From positions 60,512,001 through 60,576,000 of the forward strand of contig OZ320316.1 of assembly GCA_976226885.1 (NCBI GenBank): DNA of 64,000 nucleotides, given 5' to 3'. A program made the position numbers and the translations under genes. The stretch is from Iphione sp. A-MEVVRFRX5 (Eukaryota). Below the pieces are notes generated by a model. That model was not told the DNA's origin. It did not search any database and was given only the letters and a program-made list of their open reading frames with translations. Below are positions 14,401 to 25,926 of this stretch, in pieces (positions within the stretch are counted from its first letter, which is position 1; each line of letters starts with the position of its first letter).

Positions 14401-15079
14401 ATGGGGGTTTACTTAAAATATTTTGACGTGATTCATGGAAACTAAAACTTTAATCTTTTATCGCACTTTTCCTAACAAATATTTTACGCGCAATATGAGA
14501 ATATCTATGTGATGGAAACAATCAGATGTGCTATTTGCTTGTTTTTTGTGTCATCATTTAAAAGCTTATTCTTTCTTAAAATTATTCTCCCAAGTCAAAT
14601 CAGTCAATTCTTGATAGTAACACAGGTTCTTCTATCCATGAAACCCATATCAAAGTATTGCTTTTAACTCCTGTATGTAAGTACGAATATAGTTTATTTT
14701 GAATTCTATTAATGACAGTACTCTTAAAGCACGGCTGCCCTTTAGCATAAAGGATCTATTGTTATCTTGTGAATACCATCGTGCAGTTCTCCACAGAATT
14801 TCGCAATAACATACATACAGTGGAATGTCCCCTTGTGGACATGCCTGCAATATGGATGCATCCCAATAGCGGGTGACTGAGCTTAGAACGGTTCGTATTC
14901 CATAGTTAACCAAAATAACAAGTGGTCTCTAATCAGCAATTTTCGTGCAATGTCCCCCTGCGGACACAGTGTGGTCAAATATCACACTTCTGTTACTGCT
15001 CAATGGGGTTAAAGAGAGGGAATTCACTTTATTAATCGAGGTGTCAATGTACATTTGGCTGAAAAATCGCAAAACTTTT

Positions 15080-15430
15080 TTCATTTCATTTCATTGTATC
15101 TTTTACCAGGGACTATATATTCACCTATCATATGACAGGGTTCTTCCATATCCTCTTTGTGTAGCATACTACCATGTATTATTGAAAATTGAGAGACCAG
15201 AATACCCGGGGTTGTCCCTTAGTCTTATTTCAAAAAGCTTTCTGGGATTTTTGTTTACATAGGGGACAGAATCCTATACACCCGCAGCTTTTTTTACAAG
15301 TTGTGGACCACTCTGGATTGGAACTACAGTAAATCTGTCTGTTCTTGATCAAGAGTCCCAGGTCCAGAATTGAACCTGTGACCTCTCAGTCAGTGGACCA
15401 GTGCTCTACCACTGAGCTAACACCCCACCC
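15080..15430 (-). mobile_element. Full-length tRNA-derived SINE with Nin-like central domain
   Basis: Head with A-box TAGCTCAGTGG and B-box-like GGTTCAATTCT, a body shared with the other copies, (ATGAA)n tail; core of the family (GCACAAAAAGATCCCAG...TTCGAAATAAGAGTAGGGGGCAACCCCGGGTATTCTGG in the 8061 copy) resembles the Nin/MESC SINE domain from memory. Confidence 0.85.
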
Positions 15431-15994
15431 AATGTAACTTATGCAAATTTGCCCCCCCCCCCTCAAAAAAAAACCAAGTGAAATTCATGCAAATTTGTCC
15501 GAAGAAATGGCAGAATACTGTGCAACTCACGTGAATTCAGCAAAAATGGGAAATTCAAGTGAATTCAGCCAAAAGACAGCAAAACTCACCGTTTTTATTA
15601 TACATATGGTCTTAAGTAGCCACATATCTTTTACAATGGTTGTATATTTGTAAATGCCGGTGTGGGAGATGGCTTTTTGATTCAGTACCAGAACTCGGCC
15701 AACTGATGCTTCTGTTGGCACAAAAAACTTATATAGCTGTACTGAGTTACCCCCTAACGTATATAAGTATGCACTATCCAGTGCGGAACCTATCACACAG
15801 GCAACATCATATAGCTTGTGGCAGTAATAGGGAGTCTATTTCTTTCTCCTCATGAATCATTTCTGGATGATTTTCATTATACATATGGAATTTAGTAGAC
15901 ACCCATCTTATACAATGGTTGTAAATTTACATGACAATCATTTCAGGCAGTCGCCGACTGGGCTGCTTCTCTAAGTAGAGAAGCCGCCTTCTAA

Positions 15995-16212
15995 GAATCT
16001 TCTTCCTTCTATGTATAGACTAAGACATAGGGAGTGGAAATCCATGTGCCCTCGGCCATTATTTGGGAGATATAAGCCCTGAATTTCTGTAGAGCCACAG
16101 CACATCGCCTTCTAAAGCTGTGGAGTGAAAAGCTTTCATGACCGTAGCCTAGATGCTTATATATGACTGTAAGTGTATCAGCCAGCTGTTTTGTTGTTAT
16201 AGTGTAGAACAT
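15995..16212 (-). mobile_element. Ngaro/DIRS-type tyrosine recombinase, C-terminal fragment (pseudogene)
   Basis: 'TITTKQLADTL...LGY..ESFSLHSFRRRCA....I.AEGTW.S..Y' contains the YR HxxR and GxWxS..Y catalytic boxes; continues the reading frame interrupted at ~20405. Confidence 0.8.
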
Positions 16213-16639
16213 GGATTAATCATGTGGTTAGTGACATCATACCAAGGGAAGAGCCGTGCGCGCTTCTCGTCATTCTGTGCTTATTGTTTGAAGCGTGCAG
16301 ATGTGTCCACGATGCTCCAGATGTTCTAGTCTGTCTTCTTCTTTAACAAGTGTTACTGAAGGGAGGACGTTGTGAGTATGTAATGATCACATAAGGCTCC
16401 CCTTCTGGCAAATTGTAGCCCTGGCATATTTGTTTCCATTCAGATAGGAGAGACTAATCCTTGCCAGATTGGCTCCTTCCCCGGTCACCCCGGTCTTCTT
16501 GGGAGGTGTTGAATTAAATGATTTAACACATTAGTAACATCACTAACCTTTTTCAGAAAGTCTCCTTGAGGTCTTCTGGTAAAAATCAGATATAAATCCT
16601 CAGAGCTAGGTCTGGCCTTGGCCCGCACCTGAGTTCTGT

Positions 16640-16930
16640 ACTGATCCTGAGTCTGTGGACATGTCTTGGTCTAAGATTTCAAAATGGCTGCAGAATGCTC
16701 AAACTTGGCAAGAACAATGCAGGCCTGGCCCACAACATTCTGTGTAAATCCTGAGGGGATCAGGGCTGGTTTGGGTCTAGATTTCTCACCTGGTCAAAAT
16801 GGGCTGAATCTTGGTACATATGTTGCAGGCCTGGCCCACAACGCCCCATGAAAGTCCCATGAAAATCGTGGCCAGTTCAGGCCCACATTTTCAAAATGGC
16901 TACAGGATGCCAAGAAGTAGGTCACATGCA
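16640..16930. repeat. Short diverged tandem repeat (~100-110 bp unit, 2-3 copies)
   Basis: Recurring CAAAATGG...GCAGGCCTGGCCCACAAC blocks at ~16680-16740, ~16795-16845, ~16890-16930. Confidence 0.55.
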
Positions 16931-17540
16931 GCACGCCTCACCTACAGTATCCTGCATAAGTTTTAGCGCTAACTGATGCTAACTCTAGGTACAATGGTCG
17001 CTCACTTTTGTGGGCCCACCCATGAGTCCCCATCTCCCTGTGACATCATAGTCATGCAGACCTGAGTGTAAGTGCCTGAGCATGTTTATACCATTCCCCC
17101 GGATGCACACCACAAAGCTTGGTGCACACGCCAGAGGGAATACTCCCTGGAGCTCTGGGTAGGAGCCAGGACTCCCCTACCTATAAGTTGGCCCGCTATG
17201 CGCTCATCAGACTGAAATTTTCACAGCACCTAAGCCTGACTCAGGGCTACATGCATACCAAAGATTGTATTGATACAACAAGTATAACCAAAATTATAGC
17301 CAGACCTAATTCAGCAAGTTTGCCACACTCCAGATCTTCGAATCCAGGTCAGGTGGACCTAGAGCCTTGGGGTTCTAAGTTCACCGACACCTGGGCCTGA
17401 GCCTCAGGCACATGCATGAGGCAATTTCAGGCAGATAGCCTTAACCATTTCCGAGTTAGTGGTGAAACTATGGAGATGCCCCCATGCCTGGGCATTATGA
17501 CTAGGAAATGTGACAGATATTGACATTTCCAGCTAACAGG

Positions 17541-18025
17541 GGATCCTTATAGATCTCTTGGCTTGCAACAAGATGATGAAAACCATTTTGCTTTATGAGG
17601 CTTCATTGCAGTGCTATGGGTGGTTTTGTGCAAACTCGCGAGGTCTCTAGATCTCCACCAAACTCACCAGTCCTACCCTTGGGGGTTCTGTGGATATCCT
17701 GAGTGAGTTTGTAGGTGCCAGAACCACCAAGGATGGCAAAAAGGACATTTTTGTCCTGTTAATTTTCTTAGCGGATCTGTATAGATCACTTGGCCCGCAA
17801 CACAATGGTGCAAACCGTTTCTTTCTATGAGCCTTCATTGCAGAGCTTGCGACCCGCACGGTCTCCAGATTGCCACCAAACTTGCCAGTCCTACCCTCGG
17901 GGGCTCTGTGGATGCCCTGAACAAGGTTGGAGGTGCCACAACCACCGATGGATCAGAAAACACTGGTTTTGTCCCATTAATTTTTTCGGTGGATCTGTAT
18001 AGATCACTTGGCCTGCAACATGACA
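17541..18025. repeat. Tandem duplication, ~220-230 bp unit, ~2.2 copies, inside the DIRS-1-like element
   Basis: GGATC(C/T)(T/G)TATAGATC(T/A)CTTGGC..GCAAC starts at ~17541, ~17773, ~17991 with homologous downstream sequence. Confidence 0.75.
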
Positions 18026-19278
18026 GGGATGTGCCCACCCAGTGGCTACCACCAGGGGGGCCTGTTCGGCTTCGGGTGTTGCCCCTTCAGTCTAGCTGAC
18101 TCTAGTCTTCCACTGTCTTCAGGCCAGTCAGCCCTTACAGCCTCAGTAATGACCCAAGGTGCCTAGCCGATTGCTGGGGGTTCGTTGACAATGGGGATGA
18201 CCCATATCATCTAGCAGGGATGATCCAAATCATCCAGCCAACCACTGGTAGTGCATAAACAGTGAGGATGATCCAAATCATCAATATGCTTGAAGGGTCA
18301 AGCCTTTGCTGGATGCCTTTGGAGATGACCCAGAGGTGACGATGCCATGGCACTGCAGCACAGGCAGCCAAACCATGACTTCTGCATGAGGCCATCATGG
18401 TTATGAGGAGATGGGATCCATGATCTTATATGCCAGCAAACCTCTGGGAAAAAAAGGGGGGGCCACAGGTAGCCGGTAGGGCTACTGGAGAAGCACTAGA
18501 GAGGGCAAGATGGCCTACCTCATTGGAAGAGTGCAAAACAGTCAGTACTAGTTTCCATGCCCCAAGAACCCGTGGAACGACTGGGACACTTCCTAGCCAC
18601 TGCCAATGCCATGGCATCCTCTCCAGCTCCATCACCCCAGAGGGAAACCTCACCTCTGGCACGCCGCCACATATCACAAGGTCTATGCATGGGGCATGCA
18701 AAGCCAAGCCAGTTGCAGCTAGATTCAAGGAGATCTGGGATGTCGACCGAGTCCTCAGGTGACTAGCCATTTTGGGTGAGGCCCACACCTTCAACAGGGA
18801 GGCCCTCACCAAGAAGACAGTGACACTGTGCCTCTTGGCCTCCGGGCAGAGGATGAAGACTCTGCAGATGACAAAGTGAGCCAACATCCATTTTGACTAG
18901 GATGCTGGTACAATCTGGGTCTCTGGATGTCTCAAACATTCCAGAGACACTTTCGACAATTTGACTCTAAGCTTCTGACCTCTCAAGGACAAGATGCTCT
19001 GTGGTTTTGAGCACTTGGAGACAGACAATAGCCGCCATGGACACCTTCACCCACAAGGGAGTATTGTTGGTGGGGCATTCTCACAAAATGCCAATGACCA
19101 GCACAATGCTTGCAAAATACACCAAAGACACTCTCAAGGCCTTTGGCCTAGACATGGTCATCTTCACCCACAGCATCCCCTTAGCTTCCACCAGCAAAGG
19201 GCTGCAGATGGGCATGCCTCTGAATTGTGACACAGTACCAGAATGAGTTAAGAATATATGCATGAGAGAAGGGCATAC

Positions 19279-19703
19279 TGTGTTTTGTATAGTGTACAGA
19301 TATACGCAGTTAAAGAAAGACCTTTTACTGGAGACGCAGTTAAAATTTTTGATTGACGTACATGACGCCTAACTTGTAAACAGGTTGTTCCTTATCTTGT
19401 TAACGAAGTGACCATTGCAATTAACGAGGTATTATCAGTAGACGCATGCGATACTGTAGCTAGTTGGAGTCGACACAATGGGTGATCAATCGTGTGCTGT
19501 CTAACGAGACTTCCGCTGGTGATAGCGCGGCAGGCTTTGCATACTTTCGTTAGCGTTGTTTACGTCATTGCTGGGTATATAAGGATTGAAGTGTGCGTCC
19601 CTAGTTGGGATCCGCCAGAGACGACCGTGTAACCTGTGATGCTGTGCTTCAGAAATAAAGGCCGGACGATTTGAAGAACCTGCTCGTGGTGTCTTTTGTT
19701 ACA
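19279..19703 (+). mobile_element. Solo LTR (TGT...ACA), probably BEL/Pao- or Gypsy-type, inserted in the DIRS YR gene
   Basis: TG...CA ends; TATATAA 19576-19582; AATAAA 19654-19659; flanked by GCATAC/GAATAC (6-bp TSD, 1 mismatch); removing it rejoins YR sequence 'GHTIPKAGRW'. Confidence 0.7.
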
Positions 19704-20404
19704 GAATACCATCCCGAAGGCAGGCAGATGGGCAGATGGGCAGATGGTTCAACCATTACCCGGGCCTATTGATGACCCATCAGACAGGAAGATGCCTTCT
19801 GCAGTATGATCCTGGAGAGTGCTAAGTCAACTTAAGTTGTACAGAGACATCCAGTCACCCCACTTTGTAGCTTGGGTGTCGTATATTGATCTTATTTTGA
19901 TTGCCAAACATGTCTCCTATCATGCTCATTGAGAAATAAAGGGCACTTGACCAAATATCTTTCTTAATTTGGGCCTCATGGTGCCTTTATAGGGGAGGAG
20001 GGATGCTTGCTCCTGACTCCCCTTGCCTTTGGGCTTCACCTCAGGCCTTGTGGTGACTCTTCAGAGAGCCTAGCAAGAGTCCAGGTGCCGGGATACTGAT
20101 GTGGGACACTAATCTTCCCTTGGTATGATGTCATTGACCACATGATCAATATGCTAATTAAATGATTTCATGACATTTGATTAGGATTAATCTAGTGGGA
20201 AGAGTGACGTCATACTAAGGACCCACCCTGGGTAACCTCAAATCCACATTGGCGTAAGACTCGGTTCCCTCCTTACCCAAGTCCACCAGTATCCCAGCAC
20301 CACATATGGCAAATAATGACTAGAAGTGTGCATGGCTCTTCCCTTAGTATGACATCACTCTTCAGACTAGATTAATCCTAATCAAACATCATTAACTTGT
20401 TTAA

Positions 20405-22000
20405 TTATTGTATCAATAAATAATGGTTGTGAAGGTGACATACATGGGACTACCTTAAGCATTGTCTTAAACACCTTGTGTGGGTAGGTCATGTAGCTTT
20501 CTTTGGAAGAAAGAGAGTTCTTTTATTATTTTTATCTAGTGTCTCCCACCATTTCACCATTAGCTTTATTGAGTCCAGGCCAATTAATATGTCATCTAAT
20601 GTGAGTTGCTTCTTTGGGTCAAACATATGCACTTGTCTCAGCGCTAGGTTAGACTGCCAATGCAACGTAAGGTGTTGAGTATCTACTGCAGTATTTTCTG
20701 TCAATTGTATGAGATTGTTTTGTTAATCAGTTTGATAGCTGACTGGACATATGCTTTGTCTGTTACCTCTTGTCTAAAACCCTAGCCTTCCTAAGCCTCT
20801 CCTAATGCTCGATAGGTATTGTGAAATGACACTTGGCGATATGTCTTATACGACAAGATATTCTAGGAAGACGACGATGACATAAATGTTGATATCTGGG
20901 CGCAGTCTTCTTTTGAAGGTATCAGCTGTAATGCCTCCTGCTGTCTCCCGCCTGCCCTCTCTACCAGTGAACATAGCCTGGTGTCTGTAAAATACTCAAG
21001 AATTATGGATCTCGAAGGTGAAACCCTTTGTTGGGAAGAGTCTGGTTAGGTGAGCATTGTTCTTTAGAAATGACTGTACGATAGCAAAGTGCTTTTTGGA
21101 CCTGTACATATGAGATAGAACACCTGGTACAATTAGGCATTTCCCAGGGATATGAGTGAATTTCAGGTTGATTTGCATCTACATTACTGTTAACCAGACA
21201 TAGTGAACAGAGGCTGCTAGATCAGGATCCCTCAGAGAGAAGGAAGACATAATGCATATTGTGGCAATATTACCCGGACAGACCTCTACAGTTTTACCTT
21301 TGACGGCATTAGCCATTATACTTATGGCCATTACTGGATTGATGGCCTCTTACTTGGAGACAGAGAAATGTTTGAGTACTTGGTTTCATGTTGCATAATG
21401 GAAGTTGGATGAGGTAGCTCTAAACCCTTCGAGACATGTGTCTACCATGACGGTATCTTGGGTAACTGTACTAGGAATTGGCCATAGAACACATGAACTT
21501 TTTCATGTCTTCCTTTACTCTTGGTATGATGCTTACAAGCTTGAGACCTTGTTTTATAGCGAGGCGATATTGATTCATCAATTCATATGCAAGGAGCCTA
21601 GCATGTATAGAGCACCTAGACACAAAGTTCATGAAACCTACAAATTACTCAACCTGCTACATAGGAATTGACATTGAGTTACATAATGCAGCGGCCAGTT
21701 GTTGTGCCCACTGCACCTTGTCGCATGGAATATACATTATTCTTTGTTGTGCATCTATTGTCATGCCTAGCCATGTGGCCTTATGTGATGAGGCTGTACG
21801 TTATTTCTCTGCTACCTGAAGACCCAAAGTGTACATCCTGAAATCTGGTGGATACAAAGGAAGCAATTTTTGTCTGAAAGCATTTGCAATAGTAAGATGA
21901 CATGCTTGTTCAACAACAACCCTCTTCTTACCTGTTTGGTTTGGTTCGTGTTTGGGATTGGTTAGGATTCGACTACATGAACTATGGGAGTTAAGCACTG
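20405..22000 (-). mobile_element. Ngaro/DIRS-type retroelement remnant: RT, RNase H and YR N-terminal part
   Basis: Minus-strand fragments: 'RLLAYELMNQYRLAIKQGLKLVSIIPRVKEDMKKF' (RT thumb), 'VMVDTCLEGFRA', 'KGKTVEVCPGNIATICIMSS...RDPDLAASVHYVWL..MQINLKFTHIPGK' (RNase H), 'SNLALRQVHMFDPKKQLTLDDI...VKWWET' (YR). Confidence 0.8.
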
Positions 22001-22244
22001 TAAAGTAATACTACAGTGCCTCACGAAAAGAGTTTGGAACCTGGTTTCAACAAATTAAAATTCTACTGGGACAACAGTTGGCTCAACTTGTTAGCACACT
22101 GGCTGTTTGGGAAGAAACAGTAGGACTTTCCTGAAGCTTCTCTATACGGAAACAGTATCTGAGGGAAACCCACCTACACAGGCCCAAAATCGGCAAGATC
22201 ACATAATAAATTTGTATTATACGTCATACCTAAGAAATTGATTA

Positions 22245-22574
22245 GGCCTAGAAAAAAAAAAGTTCTGTGTTTCCGGTAACAAGCTAAAAAATACAGGGTC
22301 GGTTGGTAGGTCCTGTTTTTTTTTATTTTTATTTTTTCTTCAATGCTAAAAGCTCCTAAAAACAACAGATGTGTAGGCTACTGCAATAGCACTTATAATG
22401 GTTAGATCTTGTGTTAAATGAAAGCTAGGAACCTAAGGAACAATTTGATGTATAGAACATGTCTCTATCATGATTCATGCTGAAGTTATTTTAAGAACAA
22501 GAAAAAAAAATAACAATTAACTCTAATGTAAGGTCGGTCGGTTTACCAGAAACACAGAACTTTTTTTCTAGGCC
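22245..22574. mobile_element. PIF/Harbinger-like MITE (330 bp)
   Basis: TIRs GGCCTAGAAAAAAAAAAGTTCTGTGTTTCCGGTAAC / TTACCAGAAACACAGAACTTTTTTTTCTAGGCC with TTA duplicated on both sides; further family ends near 2290 and 41285. Confidence 0.75.
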
Positions 22575-23117
22575 TTAGGGTTGACTATAGCAATCATAGA
22601 CAGCCAACCCTCCCGGCGACTAGGTTCTACTTAATGCGGTACATGTATGTATAATTATCACAGTGTGGTTGTGATTTCTGCTCGGAAAAATAACATCTGA
22701 TCTGGATATATAATCATACTTCAAAGTACATGTATATAACATTTAGAACTAGTTGTGCATCTTTCTTCTCCACAGGAATAAATATCAATCAAGACTGACT
22801 TAAATTATCTGCACACACTCACTCTTCTTCTAATAGCGAAATGTAGTCATGTACATGTAGTTATAAAGGCGATGCATGTACTGGACTAAACAGGAATTAT
22901 TCATATACAGGAGAATCTTACTTTCCGACCTCATCACTTTGTGCCCATTCTGCCCATTCTGACCATTTTGGGTTGGAACGGAAATATTCTCAATACATAT
23001 TCTATATGATAGCATCTTACTTTGCGACCATATTGCTTTCCGACCATTCTCAGCCTCCGACCACTCATCTTTGGGTCGTTTTCAATAGAATTTACTATCA
23101 CATTGCGACCGCCCAGC

Positions 23118-23595
23118 CCAGGAGGAGTATTCGAGAGTGGTCGAGGGCATCAACGGCGACTTCTTTGATGGTCTCTCACCCTGGAGGAGTATCCCGGGAG
23201 TGGTCGAGGGCATCAACGGCGACCTCTCTGAAGTTCCTCACACCTTGGAGGGGTTGACCGGCAGTGGTCGAGGGCGTCAACGGCGACCTCTCTGAAGTTC
23301 CTCGCACCTTGGAGGGGTTGGCCGGCAGTGGTCGGGGGCATCAACGGCGACCTCTCTGAAGTTCCTCACACCTTGGAGGGGTTGGCCGGCAGTGGTCGAG
23401 GGCGTCAATGGCAACTTCTTTGATGGTCTCTCATCCTGGAGGAGTATCCCGGAAGTGGTCGAGGGCGTCAACAGCAAAGTCTCTGAAGTTCCTCGCACCT
23501 TGGAGGGGTTGGCCGGCAGTGGTCGAGGGTGTGAACGGCGACGTCTCTGAAGTTCCTCACACCATGGAGGGGTTGGCCGGCAGTGGTCGAGGGCG
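23118..23595. repeat. 63/64-bp tandem array (~7.5 units, two subtypes) in the Tigger 5' subterminal region
   Basis: GACCTCTCTGAAG recurs at 23221, 23285, 23349 (64-bp period); variant units begin GACTTCTTTGATGG (23158, ~23413). Confidence 0.9.
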
Positions 23596-23702
23596 GTCCC
23601 CTCCCTCTATCATACATAAGGAGGTCCAGACAGCACCAGAAATCACTCTTCTCCTGGATTCCCGTGAAGACACACCTCCAGACCACTCCAGACCACTCCA
23701 AG

Positions 23703-25238
23703 ATGCCCAGAAACGAACTGTCCCTTGGTGACAAGGTGAAGCTCCTCAAGGTCTCCACTGGAAGAAGCCAGAGGAGCCTTGCTGAAGAGTTCAAGATAGG
23801 GAAGACCCAAGTCCAATGCATCCTCAAGAGAAAGAGGGAAATCATGGAGCAGTATGAGAAATCACCAGACCCCTCAGTCAAGAGGCACCGCTACTCCACT
23901 GACCTCTCTGACCTGGATGAAGCCTGCTACAAGTGGTTCTGCAGGATGAGGTCACTGAACACCCCCATCTCAGGGCCTGCCATCCAGAAGAAGGTCCTGA
24001 CCCTGAGCAAGGAACTCAACCTGCCAGACTTCAAGGCCTCAGTGGGGTGGCTGCAACGCTTCAAGATCAGGCACTCCATTGGGGCCTTGAAGGTGTGTGG
24101 GGAGAGTGGTGGTGTTTCTGAGGTGGCAGTGGAGGATTGGCTCCAGCAACTCCCTGAGAAGCTCAGGGGATATGCCCCCAGGGACATCTACAATATGGAT
24201 GAGACCGGGCTCTTCCATAGGATAATGCCAGACAAGACCCTTGCCCAGAAAGGATCATCAGCCAGTGGATTCAAGAAATCCAAAGAAAGGATCACTCTCT
24301 CTCTGTGTTGCAACATGGAGGGAGAGTTTGAAAAGACCCTGGTGATAGGGAAGGCCCAGAAGCCCCGGTGCTCCAGATATGTGGACATGTCTGCACTCCC
24401 TGTCACTTGGAAGGCAAACTCCAGGGCCTGGATGACATCCTACATATTCCAGGAGTGGGTGCACAAATTCAACCAGAAGATGAAAAGGCAAGGGAGAAAG
24501 GTTCTCCTCCTCCTGGACAATGCCCCCTCACATCCACATGATATGAGGCTCAGCAATGTGGAGATGGTGTTCCTCCCTCCACATGCTACCTCAAAGCTCC
24601 AGCCACTGGATCAGGGCATCATCCAGAACCTGAAATCACACTACAAGAGCAAGCTCCTCAGTTACTTCATCCAGAAGGCTGACTCCACTGAGGGGCCCAT
24701 AGACCTTCAGTCCCTGATGAAGTCTGTGGATCTTCACCGGGTGGTCTACTGGGTGAGGGACTCACTCCAGCAGGTGAAACCAGACACAGTCAGGAAATGC
24801 TTCCTCAAAGCTGGAGTGAAGATTCCTGATGAGCCCAGTCCAGTGGAGGAGGAGGAGGAGGAGGAGGAAGAAGATGAAGAAGCAGAGTTGGTGAGGAAAG
24901 CACAGAGAGTCCTCCCTGTGGTAGATCCATGCCTACCAGATGATTACTGTGGCATGGATGCAGGTCTCCCAGCCCACAATCAGGATGTGGACTCAGACCT
25001 GCTGCCAAAGAAGGATCATGAGGAAGAGGAAGAAGAAGAAGAAGAAGACACATCACCACCTCCAATCACCCATGCAAAGGCCATGGACATGATGGAGCAG
25101 CTGAGACATCATTTTCTCCATCATGGTGCCAACACCCTCCTGGAGGCCCTATTGACCACCATGAACTCTTTTGACAAGCATGTACAACAATCCAGGAAGA
25201 AACAAAGCACTATTGACTCTTTTTTTAAACCACAGTGA
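23703..25238 (+). CDS. pogo/Tigger transposase (511 aa; HTH/CENP-B-like N-terminus, DD30D catalytic domain)
   Basis: MPRNELSLGDKVKLL...(HTH), 'WFCRMRSLNTPISGPAIQKK...FKASVGWLQRFKIRH' (CENP-B-type HTH), catalytic NMDETGL / LLDNAPSH / QPLDQGII with 30 residues between the last two Asp, C-terminal PIP-box-like QSTIDSFF. Confidence 0.95.
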   Translation: MPRNELSLGDKVKLLKVSTGRSQRSLAEEFKIGKTQVQCILKRKREIMEQYEKSPDPSVKRHRYSTDLSDLDEACYKWFCRMRSLNTPISGPAIQKKVLTLSKELNLPDFKASVGWLQRFKIRHSIGALKVCGESGGVSEVAVEDWLQQLPEKLRGYAPRDIYNMDETGLFHRIMPDKTLAQKGSSASGFKKSKERITLSLCCNMEGEFEKTLVIGKAQKPRCSRYVDMSALPVTWKANSRAWMTSYIFQEWVHKFNQKMKRQGRKVLLLLDNAPSHPHDMRLSNVEMVFLPPHATSKLQPLDQGIIQNLKSHYKSKLLSYFIQKADSTEGPIDLQSLMKSVDLHRVVYWVRDSLQQVKPDTVRKCFLKAGVKIPDEPSPVEEEEEEEEEDEEAELVRKAQRVLPVVDPCLPDDYCGMDAGLPAHNQDVDSDLLPKKDHEEEEEEEEEDTSPPPITHAKAMDMMEQLRHHFLHHGANTLLEALLTTMNSFDKHVQQSRKKQSTIDSFFKPQ

Positions 25239-25648
25239 TTTTTAAACATTGACATCTATTTATTCATAACATACTATCTATTGATTTCTTAATCTTATTT
25301 TTACTCTTATCTATATGCTAGAATAAATGGGCACTTCAGTTTGAATTATTTTGCTTTGTTTTTTATTTTCTTTAATTTTTTTATATCATTATTTTACTCT
25401 CTTGAACCTTTAATATGTATTATTGAACACTAAACCAATTGATTTCTTTATATCATATGTATTTTTCTCTATTGAACCTTTAATGTGCATTATTGAACAC
25501 TAAACCAATTGATTTTTGTGGTAGGGGAGTCAAATTATTGCTTTCCGACCATACTCACTATTCCGACCATCACTTGGGTCGGCCCAAAATGGTCGGAAAG
25601 TAAGACTCTACTGTATATACTTGTATGAATGTAAAAGTCTTCTTTCAG

Positions 25649-25763
25649 GGGAGGGTCCATTAATCATCATGGTGGCCGAGGAGAGACTCGGAATCATTAT
25701 TGGAAGCATCATTGGAGGCATGTTGCTCTTTGTTGCAGTCATCATACTTTATGTATTGTGCCG
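25649..25763 (+). CDS. Transmembrane-coding exon of a type I membrane protein (host gene)
   Basis: Acceptor TCTTCTTTCAG, donor CG|GTAAGT; phase1/phase2; encodes GEGPLIIMVAEERLGIIIGSIIGGMLLFVAVIILYVLCR (~23 hydrophobic residues). Confidence 0.75.
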
Positions 25764-25926
25764 GTAAGTTTACAGAAATCATACATGCACGTGTGTTACA
25801 TCACGGAGCAGGGGGAGACAGGCTTTTAAAGGGCATTGCCCGTGTGTGGGGGCGATGGTGGTGATTTGCTGGTCCCGCGGTCTGCAACCAGAACCCAAGA
25901 AGCAAATCATCTGAGATCATACATAT

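Larger units (their letters stand above)
16216..20400 (+). mobile_element. Decayed DIRS-1-like retroelement with inverted terminal repeats and ICR
   Basis: Left ITR 16216-16274 is complementary to right ITR 20315-20358. ICR halves 20113-20150 (complement of left ITR start) and 20176-20220 (complement of 20342-20386). Internal + strand YR remnants: 'PHITRSMHG...RFKEIWDVDRVLR', 'LTKKTVTLCLLASGQRMKTL', 'TLAKYTKDTLKAFGLDM..F.HS', 'AGRW..STITRAY..PI'. Possible RNase H remnant ~17400-17520. Confidence 0.85.
22908..25613 (+). mobile_element. Autonomous-type pogo/Tigger (Tc1/mariner superfamily) DNA transposon
   Basis: 23-bp TIRs CAGGAGAATCTTACTTTCCGACC / GGTCGGAAAGTAAGACTCTACTG (2 mismatches), TA TSD (22906-7, 25614-5), single intact transposase ORF, AATAAA ~25322. 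Confidence 0.95.

Noticed and set aside
15352-15430. Functional tRNA genes at SINE heads (also 43950-44030)
   Set aside because: No complete cloverleaf; each is followed by the shared SINE body and tail.
23118-23595. 63/64-bp repeats as a CRISPR array
   Set aside because: Units are contiguous without unique spacers, the context is eukaryotic, and they lie within a Tigger transposon.
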